Assembly (NCBI GenBank): GCA_030141605.1
Contig: JAQGDQ010000011.1
Location: 430,066-494,065, forward strand
Direction of reading: 5' to 3'
Source: Tubiluchus corallicola
Lineage: Eukaryota; Animalia; Priapulida
DNA: 64,000 nucleotides
Shown here: positions 50,301-62,300 of the stretch, piece by piece
Position numbering within the stretch: position 1 is the first letter of the stretch
How the letters are laid out: every line of letters starts with the position of its first letter
The notes under the pieces: model-generated
Told to the model about the DNA's origin: nothing
Databases searched by the model: none
Seen by the model: the letters and a program-made list of their open reading frames with translations, nothing else
Translations under genes and position numbers: made by a program

Positions 50301-53300
50301 AAGTTTTAGTGTGTTTGTGGAATTAAATGAATTTGGATTACGTTGCTACACATATTGACAAGAGCTTTTCTCACAACAAACGACAACCCTTACCTCGTTT
50401 TATCGGTTGGGCAAGCTTGGCGTGCGTTTATTAAAACCTTGGTGCAATGTCAAGCCAATTACTTTCCATTATATTGCACAACTTTTCCTCAAAACTAATT
50501 TAAAGCCATGATTCATTAAAAGACAAGCGCCTAGTTATTACCTTATAAGTTGGGGGTGTAAATTTTACAAGCAAATATCGCCCGCATGGGAAAATTCAGA
50601 AATTAATTTCATTTTAATATTAGGCAATCAATTTTAGCATTAGCGCGAAAACAGAAAACTAATGAATTATGTGGGTAGCCATTATAATTCCAGGCTGTGA
50701 CTTTGGCGCCCGCATATCAGGGCATTGCTCAAAAAAGGTAAAAACGATGCTTGTAGCTGTAATTCTGTAAACTCTGTATTACAATTTTAGCCAAATTACC
50801 AGAGAATGAACCGTGGAAAATAAATGGGTCATCATGAAAGAAGTGCATAGCGATAAAATAAAGTAAATAATGCATAAAACTGCTAACATAAATTAATCAT
50901 TCATTGTATCATTATCACAAGCTTTTTTTGATTAGATTTCTTTATTTCAGCATAAAAACAATACAAAAACATGAAAACATAACATTAATAAAATATTACA
51001 GTTTGGAAAAATTTGAAGCGCTGCCTAATGCACAGTTTCTATAAAAAGAGTCGTTTTGTGCTAGTAAAAATTGTGATTGTTTTATATAGGCTAAAAATAT
51101 AAAATCATTTTACTGATAGTTTGGAAATAGAAGAGAAGATATATCAGGTTGACAGTCTAAAATTTGCGTTTATGCTAACGGGTTAGTTTCACAAATTTTA
51201 TGTCTTGAAATCGATTGCACCTTTTTAGAAAACTTAAAATCTTTGCTTGCATTACATAGTACATAATTTGAGCACAGTTTTGTATAGTGTTCTGTCCAAT
51301 TTATACCTTTAAATGTATGTATAATTGTCATTTATCTACAATACAATCAGTAGCGTTTGTTTTATTTAATAATTCGATTTTAAATACAATTTTCAATTTC
51401 AATTTTAAGCAGTTAAGCAGAAATTAAGAGGTTATTTTCGTGCCCAACTATCAGTGGAATACTTTATAATTTTTATATTGTAAAGTCAATTACAACTGTG
51501 GCAGCTTTTGGCTCCTTTTGCAGAAATTGTGTATTTAATTTTTTTGTTAGCTATCTTTCCAAACTGCAACAGTGATATGCTGAATTATTCGTATTATGTT
51601 AGCAGTTTCATGCCTTTATCGATTGTACTTCGCTTTACTTTATTTCTTTAAAGTACAAGAAAACACTCTTCATTGTTGAAAAGGTTGAAAATTGGTCTTG
51701 AAATATTGTATCATTTATATACTGTCTTACAGCGCACAGAGCTTAAATGGCACCAAATACTTAAATTTAAACTCGCGCAAATAACCGTTAGGCGCAGCCA
51801 TTTGAATGGTGTCATTTTTCTGAAACAAGCCTAGACAACATCACGTAATGTTTGAACAAATAATCAGAGCATTCATAGCACACACTTCACTGCAAAAGTG
51901 TAAATTACTTTATATTGCACCAATAATGTGTTTTTTGATGAATCAGTGGTGCACACTGGGATAGCGATGCAGTGACGTTACATACAAAACTGAAATAGAC
52001 TAATACAAATAAACAAATAAAATAACTGTGTGTGTAATTGTGTATGTATTCGTTGTTTGATAACATCATTCCATTGCAGTGGTAATGCAGTATTTATTCC
52101 AAATTTGTTCTGTTCATTATAAACTAATATGTTTTTTTATCAATCTGCTACCAGCTGTTCTTATACCACCCACTTACCGCCAAGCCATTTGCTCAGCGCA
52201 TAGATAGGTAATAAAGGTCTTGCGGCATAAACTCGTTAAGTTTTTAAAGCGGGAATCAGTGCTCCCCAGGATAAATATTATTCCTACATGTAAAGATGTG
52301 TGTTGGCTTAGTGCTAAGATTCTAGAGCTACTTAGCCAAATATGAAAACAATCAGGCAGCAAAAACTGTGTCAGTAAAGTTATTAAACTGGGTTTCGTTC
52401 TAGCTATATGGTGTAGATTACAGCATCTTGGTGGAGAGCTTATCATGTTGTCTGTAGCAATCCAACGTAAACAAAGCAACCCACGACGAGAGGCATACCA
52501 TGGAGTCCAAGTAAATCTTTAAATATCTGAGCAAACCGAGCCGAGGAGAAGAAATATTTTCCGTTCGCAGATTTGAGGAACTGTGCTTTTCGTCTTTAAA
52601 TTATAATGTTCACGAACTTTGTGTTCCAGCAGTGACTGTAGGGAAATATTGGGGCTCTCGTTTTCAAACAAAAACTTAGTAGATTGTAAAGATCAATAAA
52701 TTCTTATTGCCAAGAATTGTGTCCTTGCAAAATTGTTATATGAAAATATTGAAAGTCAAGTTTTATCTCTCTTTTGGAATGTAACTTAAAATATTGCGTT
52801 GCTGTGCGTTGATTTGACAATTTACGTATCATACCTACTGACTTTGACTGCCCATTTATTTGGTAAACCAAATCAGTTTTTAAAAACAAATTGGTTAAGA
52901 TTGATGTAACCAAATTTCCATTTTTGACATAAGCACTTGCATCTTGAATGTTTCTGTGTTGTCTCTGCCATGCGTATTTTGTGATTCGTTCATTTGTGTG
53001 TATTTTTGTTATTTTACTGTAAATATCTTAGGTGTTCATTTTTTATGGGTAAAGAATTGTGTAGGCCTTAGTATGGATGGATTACATAGGTAATTAAATA
53101 AGTAAAGTAAAAAATTAAAAACAAACTATTTATTTATTTTTATTGTGCTTGTAAATAATAATATGTTTGTTTTTGCATGTCTTATATGACTATAAACTTA
53201 TAAAACTCATCAACTCACTGTAACTCAGTCAATTTACCTTTGAAGTTCAACTGAAGAACAAAATACTCGATTTTAGATTTGCTTGTTCACTAACGATGTG

Positions 53301-56300
53301 CTTACTATTTTCAAAGTCGTCGATCACGCATTTATTTTGCGAACCATCCTAATCGGTAGATTATTATTAAAGGAAAGGACAAGTCACTTGGCATATTGGA
53401 TTTATTTTACTGTTATCACTTAAGCTTAGAAAAATAAAACAAAAAAAAAATCCAAAAACTACTGTCCATAAAGCATAAAGTTAATTTATTTTACAGCTGT
53501 ATAGAAATTTTCAGCCTCGGTGGTTGCTGCCACTCACTTGAAAATTCTGACGTAACTGGTGGATTTCGTGACTTTTCGTAAGCGCGAGCGCTTAAACTAA
53601 TTCAAGCTTTTGCAGTTTACTTAATGTTGTTCGCGCAAAAATATCACAAAATTAGCTATCCAATTTTTGTTGAAACTTCTTATACCTTTGACCGATAGTG
53701 TGCTGCTTTTCTTCAGTCGATGAATACGTTACAGGCGGAAGAACGGGCGTTCAAAGTGGAAGCACCCAAGCCTGAAGTGATCGCAAGTTTAAAACGGCTT
53801 TACTAATTGCACAAGGCACTTTTATTGCAAAATCTTTCTAACATTTTTCGCGAAAATTGAAATAAGCATAACTTTCTAGAAAGCTTGTCTTTTCCTTTAA
53901 TAATTGTGAGTTCATTCTACTATTTTGTAAGCATTGTTCTTGATTATCTTACCGCTTAAATAAACCTTTATGCAGCAGATAATAAGAATGGCTTTAAGCA
54001 GGAAAATTGAACAAACCATATTACATAAATAATAGTCTAATGTTTTGTTTTATTTTTCGCCAAGTAAATTGTTTACCAGATAAGTAAATAAGCCTAGATA
54101 ATTTTATTAAAATAATTGTTCACTTGGCTAATCTTTAGTAATAGTGAGCACATAATACAACAATAATTTATTGTATCTTCTAATACCTGGGGCGATTTTG
54201 AAGACTGGGTACCTATTTTTCGAAATCTTACACTTTAGGTGTTTTGTGTGTTGCTTGGACGTATTTTATAAATGACGCTTTTTGCTTGTTCGCTTTTTGA
54301 TACATTTTAACAAATCTAATGCAAACGTCTTACTTTTGCTATAGTGTAACCCTTTCTTCCTGACGATGCGCGGACTTTCCTCTTCACTGTCCGTTGACGG
54401 AATAGAGATTCGACGAGGAGGTGGAGAGTAGCCGCGCCTTCCGAGAGACGGTGAATTGCAGATCCCGATGCCGTATCTCCGCTGGGTCTGCCTATTTTGC
54501 CCTTGTCCCTCCGGGGATTTACTTTGAGATACTTTACTTTTCAGCAGGCTCTTCCGCATTTCGTAATGGTTCACTCGTCGCAGAGGCACCGGCGAAGGTT
54601 TGCTCGCCAACTGAGTCCGTTCCTTGATGTTGATGGTGACGACAATAGAGTCATTTCTATCTGTAGCGCCAGCATCGGCTTTTTTAGGGCGATTCACAGC
54701 ATTTTTGATACCCAAATTAGTTCGTTTGTACCTGTAACTCTCCTCGAATGCGTGAGTTGAGGGTTTCTCGGAAGAACCACGTATTGGAGGCGCAGGCGGC
54801 GGTTGTTCCAGGTGCGTCCGATTCTGCACTGTAACTCTTTCATTAGGTATCTTAGAAGACACGTTTGTTGTTATGGCACTGATAGGGTTTGACGCGGAGA
54901 ACACTTTGCGAAGGCTTTTCTGCGACCGGTTCAACAGAGCTGAGAAGGAATCGTTTAACCGACTCCTAGGTGAGTTGTGCCGGGTGTACGAAGACGGCTG
55001 GCTGCCTCGAACAGCGGTGGGGTCGGTGGCGGTGCGAGCCAAGGCCGGATGTGCTGACTTAGCATAATTCGATCCGGTATTTGCAGAAAATGTTACCTTC
55101 CGCGGCGAGCTTGAGCCGTAGGACAGCGGATTACTTCTAGCCGGCGCCAGTGGTCGTCTTGGGAAGCCTTCCATTGTTAAATCTGGAAATGCAGGGGACG
55201 GAAGCCAACCGGAGTACCTCCCCTAATCACCTTTTCTCAAATGAATTCACTAAAGCAGATGTCTAAACTCAGCAGTAACTGTGTCATTTACGGTTAATCA
55301 CATTTGTTATCTCAAACTAACGCGTTAACGAGCAAGCCCCGGGGCGTTACGCCAAAGTCATGCACTAGATCGTTGCCCTGCTGAAGCCATCTAGCAATCA
55401 CATCACATCATTGCCCTGCGGATAACGCTGCATTGAATAATATTGAAAACGAAATCAGTGCAGTCTAAACAACAGCGTTTTTCACACAAGGAAATCCGTA
55501 TGCAGAACTGGGCGCTATGCAGTGATGATGCGAAAAGAGAAGCCCAGTAGGCTTATACACTGCAAGAAACTGAATGTTCAAGGCTTTTCCAATTGATGCT
55601 AGTCACCCTATACACATACATATACATATACCAGTGTCCAAAGCAGACACACACGTGTAGGTACAGGAAGCCAAACTAACATTTCGAACGCCTTTTGACA
55701 AGAGTTTTCAACAGAATTCTTCGACACATCTGCTTGCTGTTGGTATATACATATACAAGTGGCGTGAAGCTTATGTCGCGTTACATTTAGGTCTTGTTCG
55801 TACAAAGGTTCTGGAACAAGCCGCAAATAGGGTCCCAATCACCGAACACATTAAAAGAAAACGTCTCTGACAAAAAAGTTTTACCTTCAACATTATCCTT
55901 GCACTGCACTTTAAATTGTTGTTACAGGAATCGATTACTTACCAAGTAATGGTGATAAACCTAAATGAAGTCACTAGAAACAAGGTATAATGTATCTGTT
56001 TTACCTTGACACTTTGGGATGACTAAGCTGTAAAAACTAAGTCAACAATCGCAAAGGTAGTGAAATTAAATGCAAAAAATGCTATACATCAGTATTACCA
56101 CAATTCATCAGTTTACATGGTTCAACAACCACCAGACTACATTTTCAGGGGTGCTTTCGACAGAACGGTGCTATCTCATGTCTCTGTTCTACTATGGTGA
56201 TATAGAATTATGCACCAATTGACTAGTCTTATATGAAGATGTCTTCAATAGAACATTATTGTACAGCAGTTTAGTCTTACACGAAGATATTTTGTGCAGC

Positions 56301-59300
56301 AGGTGCCTATTCTGGAATGGAGATATCTTCAATAGAATACAATTGTGCGGTAGTTGGCTAGCCTCATATGAAGATATATTCAATAGAACATAACTGTGCA
56401 GCAATTGGCTAGCCTCACATGAAGATGTCTTCAATAGAACATAATTGTGCAGCAGTTGGCTAGTCTCATATGAAGATGTCTTCAATAGAACATAATTGTG
56501 CAGCAGTTGGCTAGCCTCATATGAAGACATCTTCCGTAGAACATGATTGTGCAGCAATTGGCTGGCCTCATATGAAATTATCTGCAGTAGAAGGTTGTTG
56601 TTCAGCAGTTACGTGTTCGTAATAAATGATTTCGAAGAACATTGTCGTGATGTAGCCGAAGCTAACGCAAGTGAACCCGTCTTTAATATGTCAGCGGTGT
56701 AATTACACAAGAGAATTTTAGAAAAAGAATGCTGTGTGGCAACCCGAAAATCTTCCAAGTGAGGATGTCTTCAGAAAAACATCGTTACGATATTAGCTAA
56801 ACCTCTATTCAACAAGAGATACAGAACATTGTTGCAAGGTATAAAGCTGATTTCACAGAAATTTTTCTTTCAAACAACTCAACTTTCTGCATTTAACTGC
56901 CCTTTGCTGCGCAATAAACTTCAGCGGTCTCTGCTGGCAACGAACACTTCATTTACGACATTCATAAAGATTTTCGCTGTGCTCAATTGCGCTCATTGCT
57001 GATACTTGGAAAAAATTCACGGCATCAGCCGCTGCTGCCAGGAGAAATGACAGTTGCGCGTCTGGTTGTGCAATATAAAAGCGGCAAGACAATAAACTAC
57101 ATCATGCCGTGGAATACATCGCGTTTATCTGTTGCTGCGCAGACTCTGCAAGCTTCCATCGTGAACTGCTATTATCTATAGTTAGCTAGGGCAGGTATTT
57201 GCTTTGCAAATGAGTGTCTCATATGGCAGAACGCGGAATCACGACACGGTTTCTCAGCGAACAATTGCGCACGCTAGCAGCAAGTTTAGATGTAATAACA
57301 GCTCTGGGCAATCAATGTATGTGTACTTTGGACATTGACACCTTGACTTCCTCGGCTTCTTGAAGCCATGTTGGATAATCTTCTTCAATAATGCATGTCT
57401 AGTGATTCTTAAATCTCATGCAATTGTCTCGCGTGGGGGCTAAGCTGTATTAGCTTTGTGTATGTAAATTGTTAATGCAATGTAGGCGACTGTTTTTCTT
57501 GTAACGTAGCTAACTGGTTATGATTGGTTAACTATTTTGCAATGTGAATGTTAGTTGAATAGAAGGTTGCCAGGCTGCGATTTGGCTCAATAACGTAAAA
57601 AACTGTTTCATCAGAGCCCTTTCTACTAAAAACAACAGATGCTGGCCTCTTGACATAGTGGTTGCTTTATTGAAAGTGCTCACTACTCCAGTTTATTGCG
57701 CATTAAGCACTGCTTATCTTTAATCAGCAGCTTCCAGTAAAGCTACAAGCGCGACTCTGTGCTACGCAAAATAGTAGACTGGAAGAGCATTGTTTTGAGC
57801 ATTGTACTGAACATAATACTGAGCATTGTATTAATGACAGAAATGTTTGACTCAACTCGGTCATAGATAATTGCTTTGGGGTAATTGTTTTTACTAAGGA
57901 CAGCTGATGTCATGTTTTTCTTATACATGCATACATATAATATATTCTTTTACACGTAATGTTTCTTATCTTGCTCCAAATAGTTCGTAAACATAAATTT
58001 TTAACAAGTACATGACTTTGCCACGTAAATCTTAGCACAACAAAAATTGATATAACACATAACTAAAGATAGTATTTTGTGTTTTTGCTAACTATAAACA
58101 TCTATTTTGTGGGCGAAGACTTGGTTTTTGCTAAAAAGTGAAATTGAGATTTCCGAGTTCTGTCACCCGGCAGCAAACATTCAAATTTCGACGTAAAATA
58201 TGCATGTTTAGGAGAATTTTCCAGTACAGAATCAGATCAACACATGAAACGTAATTAATTTCAAAATAATGATAAAGTATTTACACAGATGCAGTTTTGT
58301 TTCTTCACAGAGTCGCGTTTTGGATTCCACCCATTTAAATCCACGATTCCATCCCGTTTTTTTAACATTACGTCATTTTCAACATGCTATTCATATTACC
58401 AAAACTTATTGTGAAAGTGTATATAAAAAAATCTTAGATTATAAGCGAAGAGTTAAGCCTATGATGCACTAAAGCTTCTGACTTGCAGCGTTTAACATTT
58501 ACTGGGTAGTAAGTTAATAACAAAGCGTCCGGGGTCCAGTCTGTGCGTTCTTCACAGAAAAACAAAATGGACGATATCAAATTGATTTTTGCAATGCTTT
58601 CTCTTTTACGTTGTTTATTCGTATAATAATTCGCAGGTTAGTCACCATTGTTGAGGAAAGTAGCTGGACGCTGGATACGCAGTAATAGCAAGAGCTTTTC
58701 GCCTCTGGTTTCCAGCGTCCGCTGTCAAAATATTTGATTTCATCGCCCATTAACAATACATCCGTTCTTTCTCGCTTCCAAACGCTGCACACGAATGTCA
58801 GATGCTAGGCCCTTTGATGCATCATAAGTTTATAGTAACTGGTAAAGGCTAAATAAAAGTAAAGAGTCGTTAAGGATATGAGAACATTAGAAAATATTGT
58901 TAGCTAAAGGGAGTTTATTATAAAATATAATTTAGGGATTTTTTAATTATAATTTAAATCAAACAAATTAAACAATTAAATTAATTACTCAGTGTGTCAT
59001 TCTCGTCGTATGTTTCTGTTAGCACAAAGTAAAATATTGCAATTTTAGAACGAAAGTAGCACGTTTTGCTGGTCATACTATAACTTAACTACTAATCGGC
59101 TTAATGGACAAGGTTTCTGTGCTAACAGCAGCAGACATGATTGGGCTTTTAAAGCAGAAACTAAATTTCCTTTAATTTCTGTTCGGTTCTGTTCTTGGTT
59201 CTTCAAAAAGGCGAATTTCTCTTCACCGCGCAGCTCTGGTAGACAGAGTGGCATTTCTTGAAGCTTTTCCACGAAAGTGATGACAAATCTTGGCTTCTAA

Positions 59301-62300
59301 CTTGAGCATTTTATCCTTTTAGCCGATGTACTGGTTAGACACTTGTAAACATGCTCAGAAAAAGCCTGTCAAAAAATCTGACTGTGGGGGCTAACTAGAA
59401 GAAAAATGTTCAGCCTGTGTAATTCCTTTAGCCTGTTGAAGAATGCTGGCCAAGTGCTGTCAAGCGAGACAACAATTAGACAACGTACAATTATAGTGCA
59501 ACACGTACACATGTACTACAGCAAGTACATTTTATAGTACCGCTGTAGTCCAGTCATGTAGTACTGTAATGTTTTTAAAATGAAAGTAAAGATAAACGTA
59601 TAAAAAGAATTCCATAACTGATCTGCAAATTTTTTGAACATTATATGTTCGTTTGTCTGTTCGAAGTAATGCAGTTATTTACGTAGAAACCTGCTATGTT
59701 GCTAAAAGTCGAGAGATATCGTCGATGTTTTCACTTCACACCACTGCTTTACTAAAATTATACAAAATTCCGAAAGACCCATTACTATCAGCCACAACCA
59801 CAAATATAAATTAAGATTTTTGAAGAAAAACAAAAGTGACGATACAGTTAGGAAAATGATTAAGACGGAAAGGCATTTTTATTGTGATCGTATTCATTGC
59901 CTGACATTTGTTAACATACAAATATAGAAAAACTTGGAATCCCTTGCTCTCTACAGGGTAAGAAGAAGATAAAAAGGAGAAAACCAGTGGTTTCCTGAAT
60001 TTTCTCCCGCAGCGACAAACATTTAAAGAAGGGCGTTTCTTTACTTCAACATGCAACTCCAAAACCAAAGACGTGTCAGTTTCTTATTCTATGTGGCTTT
60101 ATGCGCAGTCAAGGTCGTACAATGGCTTCTTACACATTATTACACATGGATGGATGGTAGGCTGGTTTCGCTTTATGAAATGTGACTACCTGTTGAATGG
60201 TCTCAAAAGTAATTCGGCGTGACAACAGACAAAAATCAATTCTGGATGAAAGACTTCTCATGAGGGAATTTCAGTTTGATTAAGAAGACAAATATCAGAA
60301 CAGCCATTGACGTATTGCTTCATATCACTTTGTTACTTCAATATAATAATATACGGCATACCTATAAGTGTTTCGGCTTACTCGACCGCTCTGTAACTAT
60401 ATAAAGAGATTAGTTTCGCCGTGAACCTGGTATTGTTCTTCTTGTTGTCATTCATGTAATAAGTGTCATATATTGTGACGTCACAATGGGGTAACTTCTG
60501 TATTCTAAATTTCTACTATAAAACTAATTATGGCAATGTTAAATGGCGTTCTAAACAACATTCCAGACAGTTGGGCACAAAACTCGATGAGCGGGAAGCA
60601 CAGTACTTCGCATTCCATACTAGTTTGAATTAATTTTGCTAATACATTACGCAATTGCTATTGTACACAGACCTTAATTATTAGTATCGTGGTTGCTAAA
60701 TCTGTACAAGTTTTATGACGTCAAAAGCTAAGTGTATGAGCAACGATAATTAAAGGCATTAAGCTTATCCGTTTATTTATAACCTCAGCTTCTCTTGGCT
60801 CATTAAGAGCTTAAGTGCCATGAACAAGGTCAGTAATTACTGCAATTAACACTAGATGACGCATTAGCAATAATGATTATGCTATGATTATGCGGCTAAA
60901 CTCACCCATAAACCCATAAACTGAAGTCTGAGATAAGAGGAGATGAGAACGATGACGTTAAAGATAGCTCAGTATTAGTTTAAGGCAAAACACACACTGT
61001 TCTAAATGTCAGATGCAAGCTTAGGCTATAAGAGCTCCCACATTGGCCATGTTTCAAAATTTTAGTACTCAAAATGTTGTATCATTTGGAACTTGTAAAT
61101 TTTGCTAGTTATTCTAGTGCATTCTCTGTCTATCTATCTGTCTGTCTGTCTGCCTGCCTGTCTGTCTGTCTGACTGACTCTATCTGTCTGTCTGTTTGTC
61201 TGTCTTTATGTTTAATGCTGATTGCACCAATTTTTACTGGTGTCGCTTGAACACATTTTATTTTTGCAATCTTAGGCAACTCAAAGTTGCATATAATGTA
61301 TCAACGCGAAAACTATTTAACCTTTCAAATGACATTAGCGCTAGATATATTTTTACATGACTCAACCTTGTTTATTCTGATGTGATTCACAGAAAATGTG
61401 CATATACATGTAGTTTGTACGTCAGGCTGAATAAGAGTAGAAATTTTATATACCAGAGAATTTTGAACAGTAATTTTGAATGTAAACTTTTCTTCTGAAA
61501 TTAGACGTTAATGGCGAAGTTCGTTATGTCGTTAATTGTTATTTATGTTATTGTTGTGCGTCATAATTTATTGTATTTTTTGTATTCATTTGTGATGTTT
61601 ACATGAACTTTGTGAAATTTGAAATAAATATTAAATCAAAATCAAATCTGTCAATCTGTCTGTCTGTATATTACTGACCATCGTATTTAAATACTGTGTA
61701 TAGTCACTGACTTAAGTCTGGAGTAGATTCCTTAACTTGGGCTTTGCCAGCTCGATTAGTAGTTGGATAGGTGCTTCCAGGATAATCTGTGACTGGGAAA
61801 GACGATTTTGAACCAGGTTAGTCTTTGGGTGTTTTGTGGCTGCATAAATTTTCAAGGCGAGCTTACTTATTATCATAAATTATTTGGGAATGGGACGTTG
61901 GCAGCTTGTGGGTTGGAATTTTTTCTACAACTTTTACCAGGAACTTTCCTTACCTTTGACAGTTGCAGTTCTAGTGCAGTTATACAGTATAGCAAGCTCT
62001 CCAAACACCGTTCCTGGCTTTATAGTGTTTATCCTGTTTCCTCCTTTGAGTACCTCCATAAGACCATCTAGAAATATTTATTAAAAAATTACCTATTAGC
62101 AGTTAGCGAGAAGCCGACACTTTTTTCACACTTTCTGGATAAAATGTTTGTGATTTATTTCTGAAGTTTTTTCGATTAAGTGCGGCATGGTGATGGAAAT
62201 AATCCAGCTGACGTGATTTACAGAAAATTGTTTAGCGAAATTTACACAATAAATTTGCGAGTGATTAGATAGTGATGCCTATTACGAAATGACAACGTAA

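Noticed and set aside
52174-52479. 101-aa minus-strand ORF as a nested gene
   Set aside because: No ATG start or splice support; weak resemblance to a decayed LINE ORF2 C-terminus.
56192-56557. 121-aa ORF with 17-aa repeats on the PKG strand
   Set aside because: A 51-bp minisatellite unit is a multiple of three, so an open frame is expected; I found no convincing splice sites or homology.
57343-57382. Possible short coding first exon for the large alternative PKG exon (MASRSRGSQ-like reading)
   Set aside because: The donor (gtgtca) is weak and there is no other support.
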